A DNA stretch of 64,000 bases from Pseudogymnoascus verrucosus (taxonomy: Eukaryota). The position numbers were made by a program, and so were the translations under genes. Within the stretch, counting starts at the first letter, position 1; each line of letters starts with the position of its first letter. The stretch is taken from NCBI GenBank assembly GCA_001662655.1, contig KV460282.1. One strand, 5' to 3'. Positions 21,257-33,331 of the stretch are shown here, piece after piece. Under the pieces are notes generated by a model. That model saw only the letters and a program-made list of their open reading frames with translations. It ran no database searches and was not told where the DNA came from.

Positions 21257-22087
21257 TCATCCCCTCCTGGACTTACTAATCCTCCTAACCTCCCCCTCAT
21301 CCTCCCTCTCCCTCCCCCCAAAAAACCTCCTAAACCCCCTCCTCTCCTTCCTCACCACAGCAGCCTCAATCACCTCCTCCCTCTCCTCCCTCTCCCCACC
21401 CCCCCTCCCAAACGACCTCTCCTCATCCCCACAAACGACCACAAACCAGCCCACCCGTTCCTTCGGCTCCAAATGCCCCGCTAATTTCCCAATCCATCCC
21501 TCCTCCCTATCTAACCTCCTCAACTCCCCTACTGAGGCGCCCTCCCTCCGACAGCCTTGACGAGATTCATAGGCTTCGATCTCGGCGCCGATGTCTGCCG
21601 AGAGGGAGATGCGGACTAGGGCGTCGCCGACGAAGGCGTAGGGCTCTGAGATGGCGGGGTTGAGGATATCGTGTTGCTCGAGCAGTTTGACGGGGGACCA
21701 GGCGTTGAAGGCGCGTTCGGCGGGTGAGAGAGGCGGGGGTGGTGAAGCGGCGGCAGCGCCGTTAGCGGAGCGGGGGAGGAGGAGCGGGCGTGGTGGTGAG
21801 AGACTTGTGTCTCGCGGGGCCGGGGCAGGGGCGGTTGTTGCGCGGATAGGTGAGTGGGAAGGCGGAGGGGTGAGTGTGGAAGTTGAGGACGACGAGAGGG
21901 AGGTGGAAGTTGGTTGCTGGCAGGGCGGGATGAAGTCGTGGAGGGAGTAGAGGGAGTTGAGGAGGGCGTGGGAGGAGGCCGGGGTGACGATCCAGTCGGG
22001 GCTTGCTTCTTCGACGTCGTAGGTCGCGACGTATTGGCGGATGGAGATGCGGTACCACCGGAAGCCGTGGATGAGGAAGGTGGGCAT
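21257..22087 (-). CDS. flbE: FlbE-like developmental regulator
   Basis: The N-terminal MPTFLIHGFRW..IRQYV...DVEEASPDWI, the central KLLEQHD...SEPYAFVGD and the late GWFVVVCGDEER blocks match my recollection of the Aspergillus FlbE family. Confidence 0.65.
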   Translation of the reverse strand: MPTFLIHGFRWYRISIRQYVATYDVEEASPDWIVTPASSHALLNSLYSLHDFIPPCQQPTSTSLSSSSTSTLTPPPSHSPIRATTAPAPAPRDTSLSPPRPLLLPRSANGAAAASPPPPLSPAERAFNAWSPVKLLEQHDILNPAISEPYAFVGDALVRISLSADIGAEIEAYESRQGCRREGASVGELRRLDREEGWIGKLAGHLEPKERVGWFVVVCGDEERSFGRGGGEREEREEVIEAAVVRKERRGFRRFFGGREREDEGEVRRISKSRRG

Positions 22088-23799
22088 GGCGGGGGATCGG
22101 CGGGGTGGATGTGGTGGAGCTAGTGCGGGGGATTGAGGCTGAGGCGCGGGTTGTGGAGAAGGGCGAGGGCCGTGATTTGGTGCGGGAGGATGTCGTTAGT
22201 TGGAGAGACGTGCGCGGGGTGCTGCGGGGGAAGAGGCAGGCATGAGAGGTGCGAGAGGAAGATATGTGCGTTGGTTGCGGTCTGACGGGGCGGATTGGTG
22301 AAGTGGAAGTGATTCAGGGCAAGAATGAGGGGGTCGTCGACGAGACGGTGGGAATAGGCAGGCCTGGCTGGACAAAGCACCTGTCGTATCCGTGCTTCAG
22401 CGTGCCCAGCGAGGTCGATTGAGCTTATATGCCAGTTGAGATTGGACTGTTGGGGGAGATCCCTGTGAGATTTGTGTTGCTCGAGCTGCAGGGAGGTGGA
22501 ATGTGAATTGACAAGATGTCTTGGATTGTATGCAGATCCCCTCAACGGCGCCGATCAGCTGGAGCTGGCAGCTGCAGTTCAGTTCTGGTTGGAGAGCTGT
22601 GCAGGGAGTGCAGCAAGAGTGGGGTTGGAATTATAAAGGAAGGGAATTGTTGGTGAGGAGCTCAGAATCGAGGGTTCTTTAGTAGTTATTCTCGCAAGAA
22701 GAAGAAAACTCTGGAGGTGAAATATCTGAGTTTTGTTTTATTTCGATAGAGCAGACAATAATTGTCCCTTGTAATTGTCGACTAATAGGGAACAATAGGG
22801 TACTAAGGGCGGTACCTAATATGGCAGTCGGTCGGGGGTTCTGCCGTGACGCTAAGAATTGACGCTAAGCTGTTAGTAGACAGCGGGCGGGATGGTGGAG
22901 GAAGAAGGGACGCAAGGGCCACTAAAGTTAAAAATAAGGGATGGTCACGTGATGATTATCGATAATGATGGTGCATCTTTTTGTATGGAAAAGTACGTAT
23001 CGCTCCATTTCTGACAGCCTCGTCTAAGAAGGCTGTTGATTGGCTGATCAACAAACGATTACAACGATAAAGTGTACTCGAGTGTACGCAGTAAGTTGTA
23101 TGAGAGACGATGTATTCTGCCATGCACTTTCACAAAATATCAAAATATATAACAAGTAATATATCATATATTGGGAATATTATCATCTTTTGCAAATATT
23201 GTGAGCCCTGACTACTCATATACCTGGCCATATAGCCAAATCCTGCCCATGCCCCATGTACTCGGCGTTATTTTCCTGCTTGCTGTGCTGGCCTCGCCTA
23301 AAATCAGCTGCCTCGTTCTGACAGAAGCGTGCTTCTGGTAAACACATCCCCTCCGCCTCGCTATCCGAATAACTGCACCATTCCGCTATCTTGTTGCACC
23401 CCGCCCAACATCTCGTGGCTGTGTATCAGATACTGTATTTGTTCCTTGTGGCATCACCAGCTCATCTTTCTCTCGCTGTGCCCTTGGTCAGAAAGTTGCG
23501 TTTCCACTTTCCCGCATAGCCTACAAACCCACTCTCTATCCTTGGCCTCGTTGCCGCGGCACCCACGACTTTTGTCAAACACGCAAGCCAGACTTACGTT
23601 GGCTTTTCGACACAGCTTTCAGTCACATTTTATTCTCTGCCCTTATCCTGCGTGCATAGCTCTCATCTGCATATTTGAGACGAGATAGAACCCTTATTCA
23701 CTACGAGTGCGACAGTTACGAAGCACAGTCGAGCTATATGCCAAGATCTGCCACCCAAGACGACTGACCCAGGCCTAATCGTCCTTGTGTCCAGGCACA

Positions 23800-26700
23800 A
23801 TGGTCAAGGCCGACTTGACACGCGATTACTATGGTGATCTGGAGATTGCGCCCAATGCTACGGAGATCGAGATCAAGAAGCAGTTTAGATCTCTGGGTTA
23901 GTACCTCTTTCAGCTTGCGCGGCTCGCCGTTTCTAACCTTCTTCACCTCACAGCTTTGAAATACCACCCCGACCGCAACCCAGGACGCGAGCTCGAAGTG
24001 AACGCGAAATTCCAAACGATCCAGTCCGCACACGAAGTCCTCACCGATCCAGAACAGCGAGCAAAATACGATGTAGGACGGTCCAGAGGCGGCGGCGCTG
24101 GAGGTGGCTTTGCGTCTCAGGCCCGCCCCGCATCTGGGTTTGCACGAGGCAACCCTTGGGCAAACGTTGCTACCGACTTTCCTCCTCCCCCAAGACCGTC
24201 GCGATCACGAGCTCAGCCACCCCCGCCATCAGCAGGTGCTCAGCGATATGCGAACAATTTTAAGCCTGGCTCAGGAGCATATACGTCGGCTTCATCTGGG
24301 GCAAAGCCAGCGGAGGACGATGGGGCTGAGGCACGACGAAAGACATACGAGGCCTGGTCAAAAATGCGAGGTGGAAAGGCGCCTCCTCCATATAACCCCC
24401 ATGGATATCAGCCAACACCAGGTACGGATGAGAGGAGAAGCTCCCGACAGCAAGTTCCAAAACCGCAGCCACCTCCGATTCCAAAGAGAAACGGCTACGC
24501 GCCTGGCGCCGCTGGTGGAGATGAACCCGCTGCTGCGAATACCTCGGCATATTATACACAGCGCGCAGGCAGGGCACCAACTGCGAAACAGCAGCCACCA
24601 CCTCAGAAGACCCCGCCAAGAAATGCACCTGTGGACCCTTTGAGACAGTTCAGAGAGAAGACAGGAACACCGTTGGAGCCGCGATTAAGCACTCCATATG
24701 CGAGCCATGGAGGCGAAAAGACAGACCCATTCGAGTCGGTCAATTTCGGCAGATCCAACAGCACTAGAACTCCGTCTGGAAGAGCCGGCGGCAGCAGGGG
24801 CTCTGGCTCGTCAGGGACTCGTGAGAGACACCGCAGTGCAAGCCCAAGTCGACCCAGTCGTACTCCTCGCCTGTCACCCGAGCTCAATGCTGGCAGCAGA
24901 GTTGGGTCAGACACCAATCTCAACACTTCTCCAAAGCGGACCTTTTCCCGAGCAACCAGAGCTAGCAATATGAGCGAGCCACGCACCACTGAAGCTATTG
25001 TGGACTACTCGAGCTCAAGCTCAGACGAATCGGAGGACGTCCAACAGAGAGTGTACGCGAAGAGCAGATCTCGGAGAACACAAGCCCAAGCTACACCAAC
25101 CGGAACTGCTCGTAAGTTGATCCCCTTGCAATGCCTTCGTACGACCAGTCTAACGTTTCGCAGAAGCATCGCATGATCAGCAGAGCCATGGCGCACAGAA
25201 CGCGGGAAGACCAAACGCTGACCCAAAAATGTACAGAGACCCTAAGCTCCCATTTCCACGCCCACAATATCTCCGCTCCGCAAGACGTTCTCCAAGTGTG
25301 GTTGTCAATGAAGCTAGACGGGTTGTTTCTAGCCCTTTTGCACGTGCTTCTAGTGAGGCTGGCAAGAAGTGGCCCAATCTTTTCCCGTCGCACTCGGATC
25401 TCTCGCCACCAAATACTCCTAGTGGAGCCCTGTTCAACGGATCTTCCTGTGGCATGAATGCGTTCGAAGCCGAGCAGTTCAATGTCCTTGATCGTCTTGT
25501 CAAGAAGCATGATGACCCGTCTACTCTTGTCACCGGGAAGGTGGCCAGCGCCACGACGCCTGTCGGCCGTGCGAGACATGGCAGCTTGCCAAACACCACA
25601 ACTACCTACCCTATTCTGGACGTACCAGTGGAAAAGCCAACCTTCGGAGTTACCTCAAGAATCCCACCATTGAACGCACAGAGCGGCCCAAGTGGCGCCT
25701 CATTCTACTTTGCCGGGTTCTCCATCATCCGAAATCCCACTATCTTCGGCAGTATCGAAGGCCCAGACCTCACCTTCCACAGCTGGGAGGATTTCTCTAA
25801 ATGTATGAAAGATAACAAGACCCTTGATGCTGACTTTACTGGCGCCTTTAGCTTTACCTTCCAGGTCGATGGCGAGACGTACACGGCGCACTCGGTGCCA
25901 CGACAGTTCCCTACTACTAGCAGCACAGAGAACATCAGCACGACTTTCACGCCTACGGACTGGCACGGAAAATTCGAAGCTGGTGAAGACTATTTCGGAA
26001 AGGAAGCCGCTGCTCAACCGGCCCGCGGTAACTCTACCAGTCGCGCTAGGAACCGATCTCCTCCAAAGCCGCGAGTTCCACCGGTCAGCACCAAGTCGCC
26101 ATATCCGAATATCGACCCCGAGATTCTTCAGCAGTCGAGCGGTACAGAAGGAGCTACATCGTCTCCAGGCGGCACGAAATTCTCTGCCGAAGAATGGGCC
26201 CAAACGTTCAAACCTGGCATTTTCGCTCCACCGCCCCATCCTTCCCCAGGATCTTTGAGCAGGTCTCGCACGAACTCAAGCAGACGCGCCAAGGCTGCCT
26301 CGTCGTCGAGCAAGGGGCCGCCTGTGACTAAGACTACCGGCACGGCTGCTATGGTTGATAGCGGCGATGATGAGCCGCAGTTAATGGGATCGAGACCCGT
26401 GCCAGGCGCGGAAACCGGGGCGAGTACCTTCGCCCAGCCACCGCTTGTGTCAAGCCCGACGGCAATGGATATTGACCCCCCTCAACCGACGAATGACGCG
26501 CGAAACGTCTATGTCGAGCCCACGCGCGCGGAATGGCGTCCTAGCGACACAACCAGCACCTCCTTTGGCGCTCCCCCCTCTTCCGCCCCCGGCCCTGCCC
26601 TCCCCCCCAAAGAAGCCCTAAACACCTCCGGCCTAGCCGCCAACCTCGACGATCTCAAGAAGACGGAACCTCTCTACACCCCCCCCGCTGGCCTGTCATC

Positions 26701-27199
26701 TTTCGCTGACCTGACGTCTAATCTCCCCTTCGCTTCAAAGGCAGCGACGACGGCGCCGGTTGGGAAGGGGGTGGGGTTTAAACCCGCTAACCTTGATCTC
26801 CCGCAACCCCCCCGCGGCCCCTCCCCTCCCGCCATAGCACCGGATGCGCCGCGCCCGACGCAGGCGGCGTGGGATACCTACATGGCGTCTATGCACGCAT
26901 ACATGGCCGCATGGGACGCCTTCAACACCCAAATGGTCTGCCATTTTGTGGCGAGGAAGAACGAGGTTGATACCTTCCCCAAGGGCTGGCTGGGGACGAT
27001 TGGCGGGAAGGTTGTGAGCAGGTATGTGGAGGGGGTGAGGGAGGATGAGAAGGTGAGGATGTGGTGGGATACGGCGTGTGGGAGGCATGGGGCTGTGATG
27101 GAGGATTTTGTGTGGGCGAGGGAGGTGTTTCAGAGTGGGGTGCAGGCGGTGGGGGGGAGGGGGGAGAAGGTGGGGGGGAGGCTTTATGGGGAGGTTTAG
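23800..27199 (+). CDS. DnaJ (J-domain) protein with a long low-complexity region
   Basis: Exons 23800-23896, 23954-25111 and 25164-27199, with a possible optional intron at 25231-25851. J-domain: RDYYGDLE...[20 protein letters not shown]...[22 protein letters not shown]. Confidence 0.85.
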
Positions 27200-27580
27200 T
27201 AGGCGGGGGGAGAGAGGATATAAGGTATTTGAGTGAGTGGCGCCGACTGGGTTGAGCGGGTGGTTGGTTTTGTTATTTATGCATGGCGCTGGAGATGGGG
27301 GTTTGGCGTGAGGCGCGGAGTTGGGCCGGTATACATACAGATGGGATGACTTATGCGTTTCTGTCTGGTGGGTGGATGGATGGTTGTATTGTATGTTATG
27401 CGTTCTACTCATTTACAGCGAGGTATAGTGAAGCGGAACTAGACTTCGAATTCTAACACTTCTATCATCACTTCTATCACTTCTATTACTCCTTTCACTT
27501 CTATGGTACAGTATCTACAGTATACAGTATTATAATCTCACAGCCTCTTCTATCCAACCCTCTTTATCAACGCCCTTTTC

Positions 27581-28765
27581 CTATAACTTCACAACCTCCC
27601 ACCCCTTTACCCCCAGCCCTAACCCCTTCACCACCCCCCCAAGCGGTCCCTGCTTCTCCTCTCCCCCCTCCCACACACGCGGCCCAACATAATGCTTCAC
27701 GAATCCATCCGGTCCAGCGACCATGATTAATTTCCTGCCCTCCTTCTCCTCCTTCCCTGCCGATTTCACAGCATCAAGTATGCCCCGGCGATCAATAAAT
27801 GAGCCTTCTGCGTCGATGAAATATTTCACCTCCACGCGGCCGGGGTATCGCGCTTCTAAACCCCTTAGTTCTTCTACAAGGGGGCTGGGTGGTTCGGTTG
27901 ACGTGGGGGTGGTGTCCCATATGCGCCACCATGATGGCGCGGGTAGAGGTGCGCCGGAGCATTCGGAGCGTTGGCGGTTTGCCCAGAGTATCTTCACCGT
28001 CGTATTTGTAGATTTATCCCCCTCCCCCGAAACTCCATCACCAAGTACAGCGCGCACAGCTTGTAACGCGGGAGCAATCCCGGTACCACCAGCGAGGAAG
28101 ACGACGTCCGAGACGTCGGGGGGGATGGCGTATTCGACTACCGGACCGCGGATGTCGATTGTAGAACCCACGGAGAGGCGGGAGAGGTAGGTTGAGACTT
28201 CGCCGCCGTGTTCGCGGCGGATGAGGAAGCGGAGGGCGCCGGGGGTGGTGGGGGTGGTGGACAGCGGGGGGAGAGGGGTGTAAGAGCGGGCGACTTGGAG
28301 TTGGGGTTGGCGGAAGGTGAGGGACCAGATTGTTGGCCAGAGGGGGGCGAAGGGGTCGGCTGATTGTGTGTCTGAAGTCGGGGAGGTTTGTGAGGGCGGG
28401 GGAGAGAGAGTGAAGATCGTAGAGGTGGGTGAGATGGGCGTTTTGGACGTGATGGTGTAGGGTGTGAATATGCGTTCGTGTAGCCCCGAACTAGGCGGCG
28501 AAGAGGAGGAGGAGAGCTGGTATGTCGTTGCTCCTGCTGCGGCGAGGGCGAGGGTTGTGAGGAAGAGTGTAGAGGTTGATTTCGAGGATTTTGGTGGTGT
28601 TGGCTGGGTGGAGGAGGTAGATTCGCTGCTGGGTTCTGCAGCGCGAGTTGTCGTCGAAAAGCAGCATCTGAAGATGACGGCGACCGGCGTCGTATTATGC
28701 GTATATCCTACATCTCCCCTACATACCCGCCGCGTCGAGCGCGCAAGTCGTGCACAGCGATGCAT
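27581..28765 (-). CDS. Mitochondrial FAD/NAD(P)-binding oxidoreductase, cytochrome b5 reductase family (Cyc2-like)
   Basis: Arg-rich presequence-like N-terminus from ATG 28765. Motifs QPQLQVARSYTPLP, GEVSTYL, IRGP, VVFLAGGTGIAPALQ, ILWANR and MVAGPDGF. Confidence 0.8.
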   Translation of the reverse strand: MHRCARLARSTRRVCRGDVGYTHNTTPVAVIFRCCFSTTTRAAEPSSESTSSTQPTPPKSSKSTSTLFLTTLALAAAGATTYQLSSSSSPPSSGLHERIFTPYTITSKTPISPTSTIFTLSPPPSQTSPTSDTQSADPFAPLWPTIWSLTFRQPQLQVARSYTPLPPLSTTPTTPGALRFLIRREHGGEVSTYLSRLSVGSTIDIRGPVVEYAIPPDVSDVVFLAGGTGIAPALQAVRAVLGDGVSGEGDKSTNTTVKILWANRQRSECSGAPLPAPSWWRIWDTTPTSTEPPSPLVEELRGLEARYPGRVEVKYFIDAEGSFIDRRGILDAVKSAGKEEKEGRKLIMVAGPDGFVKHYVGPRVWEGGEEKQGPLGGVVKGLGLGVKGWEVVKL

Positions 28766-29392
28766 TGAAGCTTTTTCGTCTTGGTGGAGGAGGGGGAGGT
28801 TGAATTTAAAATCGGCGCGCAAGGCTGGCGGGTGACGTGACTTGACAGACGTACGGGGGTAAGGCGCCGGCGCGGGAAATTCCCAATGCGCGACCCTCGG
28901 ACCCTGCATGGCTCAAAGGGGAGGGATCAACCCTCCACTGCCGTTTGACTGTCGTCTGGTGCCCGCCCCCTGGTTGCCCCCCGCTGTGATTTCTGTTTTA
29001 TTTACATAGGAAGAACAGTTTTGTTTTTTTCGTTCAAAGAGGATTTTTGTCTGGGATTTGGACTGCTTGTTTGGTTGTATATACGGCTGGGCGATTTGTT
29101 TACGTCTGTCTGGGTAAATTTGAAGAGAGCGCGTGGGCGATTGTGTTTAGGGGACAGGGACAGGGACGAACGAGCAGGGTCTGGCACCAAACGGGCGACA
29201 GGAACTCATTTTCCACGACACAAACGCCCTCGAAACAAGGAGAAAAGAATCGATTTGTACAATATATCCCGACATACGAAACAATACTACTTTCTCGAAT
29301 TTATCATATACTGGCTGAGAAAAGGCACACATGACGCGCACATAATTCGCAGCGTCATTCTCGGCCCACCGCTGCGTCAAGGAACCGTCATT

Positions 29393-32300
29393 ATGGATGA
29401 GCTAGGGGAGCTTCCTAGCGATGTCGCGATGAAGAAGAAGGAGACGGTGCTGCGTGATTCTATGGTCACGGTGCGATTGTCTGAGCCTGAGCCTGCATTG
29501 GGAGGGTCTGATGTTTCTGGGACTGCTTCTGGAACTGCTGCTGTGTCTCCTGAGATAGGAGGGAAAAACGAGGTTGACGACGAGTCTGGCGATAAGGACG
29601 AGGACAAGGATAGCGAGGACGAAGACGACGAAGAAGAAGAGGAGGAAGAGGACAAGACAAAAACAACTGCAACCGAGCAAATTGCGAGGGGAATCATCCC
29701 TGAGGAGGAGGATTCAGATGATACCGATGCGGATACTGTCTACGAGACTGAGATTGCGAGGATGGAAGTCCCCGGCGCCAAGGACAAGGAGGCCAGGAGG
29801 AGGAGTGATAAAAGCGACAGCGAGACCGAGAGCGTGAACTGGGAGGTGCTTGAGCGGACAGAGGAGCAAGAGCCAAGGGATCAGGATACTGAAGATGTAA
29901 GCCCCCTTACCACCCATTGCCTGTGAATCACCTTCTTGTTCCCATCCTAACTGAATCATAGTCCACAGCCCTCCTCCTCGCCCGCCTCGAGCAAGAAAAC
30001 AACCTCCTAGCTACAAACCCGAAATCTGGTCTCGCGCGAGCACAAGCAGAACAACGCATGCAGCGACGCCCACCGTCTATGCAGCAGCTAAAACAGATGG
30101 TTAATGCGCCCTCGCCTCCAGCGCTGCGGTATTCCTTACTTCCCGCACCCGCGATGACGGACCTCGAGTTCTACGCCGCGGTGGTGCAGGATTACAAGCG
30201 CACTGCGCAGCGACTGCCGACGCTGCTGTCCAAGAAGATCCGTGCGGGTATCCCGCCGCCGCTGAGGGGCGTGGTGTGGCAGAGCATGTCTGGTGCAAGG
30301 GACCTGGCGCTCGAGGAGGAATATGAGCGTCTATGCGGGGGCTCGAGTCCGTATGAGGGGATCATTGGGAAGGATCTCGGGCGCAGCTTTCCGGGGGTGG
30401 AGATGTTTCGCGATCCGAATGGGGAGGGACAGAGGATGTTGGGGAAGGTACTGAGGTGCTTTAGTTTGTACGATCCTAAGATTGGGTATTGTCAGGGTCT
30501 GGGGTTCCTCGTGGGGCCGCTGTTGATGCATATGGGCGATACCCAGGCGTTTTGTATATTAGTGCGGTAAGCACCCCCTATCCCACTTACTACGAAGACA
30601 CAGGCTCATTCGTTGCTAGATTGATGGAGAACTACGACCTCCGAAGCTGCTACCTCCCCGACCTCTCCGGTCTGCACGTGCGCATCTTCCAGTTCGGCGA
30701 ACTGCTCAAACGCCACCTCCCCGCCCTCGCTGCGCACCTCGATCACCTCCAAATCGAACCCGCATATGTCTCGCAATGGTTCCTCTCCTTTTTCGCCGTC
30801 ACCTGTCCCCTACCGATGCTCTTTCGCATCTACGATGTGATTTTCGCCGAGGGTGCCTCGGAGACCATGATGCGTGTCGCGCTCGCCGTGATGCGCAAGA
30901 ACGAGGAGCGTATCACTGCTTGCGCCGAGTTTGAGGACGTCATGCAGTTGCTTCTGTCCCGCGGACTCTGGGATTGCTATCGCATGGACGCCGATGCCTT
31001 CGTTAACGACTTTGTCAGCTTGACTGGCACGATCACAAATGACCTCCTACAGTCGCTCGAGAGGCGATACAGCGAGAGCCAGGAGAGCGGCAAGGCACCC
31101 GCCCACTCCGCTGATATCGTATCAGCGGGTTCCCGCTTCCTGGGGCGCATGTGGAACTCCTCGTCGAAGAGCATGACACTCAACCCTGCGACACTGGCGC
31201 CGTACCGGCGCGCAGGCAGCTTCTTGAGGAAATCGACGAGCAAGCAGAGTATGTCTACTCTTGGGTCAGGGGAGGGGAGCACAGATAGCTCGACGACCGA
31301 AGCGACGTCGCGGGGATCGTCGCAGTCGGACGGCGCGTCGGTGCGGGTGCCGTCTACGGTTCTCTCGGCGGCGGTGGGGAGCCAGAAGGCGCTAGCGAGT
31401 AGTAACAAGAGTTTAAATGGGCAGATTGAGGATTTACTCCTCGCGCTGAGCGAAATGCAGAGGGAACAGGCTATGCTGGCTACGAGGCTGCAGAGGGAGA
31501 GGGAGGAAAGGGAGGAGGACCGCGTGGCGGTTAGGCTGCTGCTTGACGTGTTGAAGAAGAATGGTATGGAGGCTGAGGGGGAGGAGACGGAGGGGGAGTC
31601 CCCTGAGGATACGACGACCGAGGACGGTGGGAAGGAGAGTGAAGAGGGCACGGAGGGGTCGAAGCATGATTCCCCGATGGAACACACTGAGGCTTCGTCT
31701 TCTGTTGGTGCGACGTCTAGTACGACTGAATTATCACCCACCGAAACCGAAGAATCCACATCAACACAACCTTCTTCAACTCTTCCTCCACCCGAATCAT
31801 CCCCCCAAGACTCAGACGAGCAATCACCCGGCGGAACACCCGCGCACATTTCCCTCGCCATCGCCGCCGCCTCGGGCCCCGCACCCTCAACGCCCAGTAT
31901 CCCTGCCCTCCTCGCAACTCTCTCACACCGCTTCTCCACCCCCTCGAACCGCGACTCCGCGGTCCTCCAATCCAAAGCCCAACTCCGTGCTGACCTCGCC
32001 CACGCCAAGGGACAGTTGGGGATGGAAGTCTCCAAGAACCAGGACCTGGCTCGTCGATTACTCGATTGCGAGCGTGAGGTTAGCAAGTTAGGCGAGCAAG
32101 TGCGAGAAGGGCACGCACATGTCCGCCAAGGCCAAGCTGAGCGAGGTCGGTTGGAGAAAGTAGTCGCAGAACTCCGCTCTCGGCAGCCGAGCGCCAGCTC
32201 CAACAACAACGACAATGACGACGGGGAAAGAAGCGACTGGAGCCGTCGCGCCTCAGCACACAGCTCCAACGGTCTCCGCGAACTCAAACTCGGCCGGCAA

Positions 32301-32783
32301 AAATCAACACGCACTCCCGCTTCCGGGCCCGGCGGGTTCGCGAAGAGGTCAAGTAGTTTGTATACCTCCATGCTTGCGGGGGAGGAGGAGGAGGTTCCGC
32401 CCGTGCCGTTGAGTCCGGGGGCGGGGAGTTTGCATGCGCCTAGTTTGGCGCCGAGTTTGAGTGGCCAGAGCGGAGGGGGAGGGGCGGATAACGATGCGTT
32501 GATTTTGGAGCTTGTGCAGGCGAAGACGGCGGAGGCGACGGCGAGGCAGGAGGCGGAGGAGGCGAGGGGGAAACTGGAGGCGTTGAGGAGGATGATTAGT
32601 GGGAATGGTAATGGTGGTGGTGGGAATGGAGGGGGAGGGTCGCCGTTGGAGAGGCAGGTTAGTCAGGGAGCGAGGAGTGGGGGTGGGACGCCGCCTGCTG
32701 CGACGGCGGCGGCGACGGGAGGGGGGTTTTGGGGGTGGGGGAAGAGGAGTGCGAGTTTGGCGGGGTTGCCGGGGGAGAAGTAG
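29393..32783 (+). CDS. Rab-GTPase activating protein, TBC domain (Gyp5/EVI5-like), 3 exons
   Basis: Exons 29393-29896, 29962-30566 and 30620-32783 (true start uncertain). GIPPPLRGVVWQSM, IGKDLGRSFP, GYCQGLGFLVGPLL, YVSQWFLSFF, followed by coiled coils. Confidence 0.9.
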
Positions 32784-33224
32784 CGTTGTGCTAGATAGAT
32801 GAGAAGGGGGGTGAAGGGGGAAGCTAGGGGAAGGGGAGAATGTGAGGTTGGTGTAGATGGGGATAGGGATAGGATATATATACCCAGACTGAACATAGGA
32901 TGTGGAGTATTGGGCCCCACGAGTAGATAGAATGGATTTAAGGTTATATTGTATGACACTATCTGTCTGGGTCCGTGTGACTATGTCTATATCGGCCTCT
33001 CTATCTTCCTTCCCACGAGAGCCTCCATCGTTTACCACACGTATAATTCCAGTCTCCCTCTCTATACCCAAGTTCTCCTGACGCCCATCTCCCAACATCA
33101 AAACACGTGATCCCCCTTAAATACCCCGCCAAAACCCCCACCAAAAACCTGCACATCTGGTCCAATCCCCCCACCGTAAAAATAAATCCTACAGCGGCTT
33201 ACAATACTGTACGACTAATCTGTG

Positions 33225-33230
33225 TGACTC
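33225..33230 (+). promoter_or_regulatory. Possible Gcn4/CpcA (cross-pathway control) site TGACTC
   Basis: TGACTC ~100 bp upstream of the HIS5 ATG. It is a single short motif and could be chance. Confidence 0.35.
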
Positions 33231-33331
33231 CCCTCCCCCACCACGACCACCATATAACCATTCCAATCCCTCCCCTTCCTCCCTTCTTCCTCCTCCCCCA
33301 TCACCAACTTCACACATCCAATCCGCCCACC

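Noticed and set aside
29021..29392. N-terminal extension of the TBC ORF shown in the ORF track
   Set aside because: It starts at TTG and reads like 5' UTR. ATG 29393 is the first plausible start.
30977..32371. 464-aa antisense ORF (also 52028-52966, 42828-43796, 53100-53594 and similar)
   Set aside because: These are shadow frames of well-supported genes (TBC GAP, MCM3, cPLA2). They are low-complexity, have no motifs, and are explained by GC-rich codon bias.
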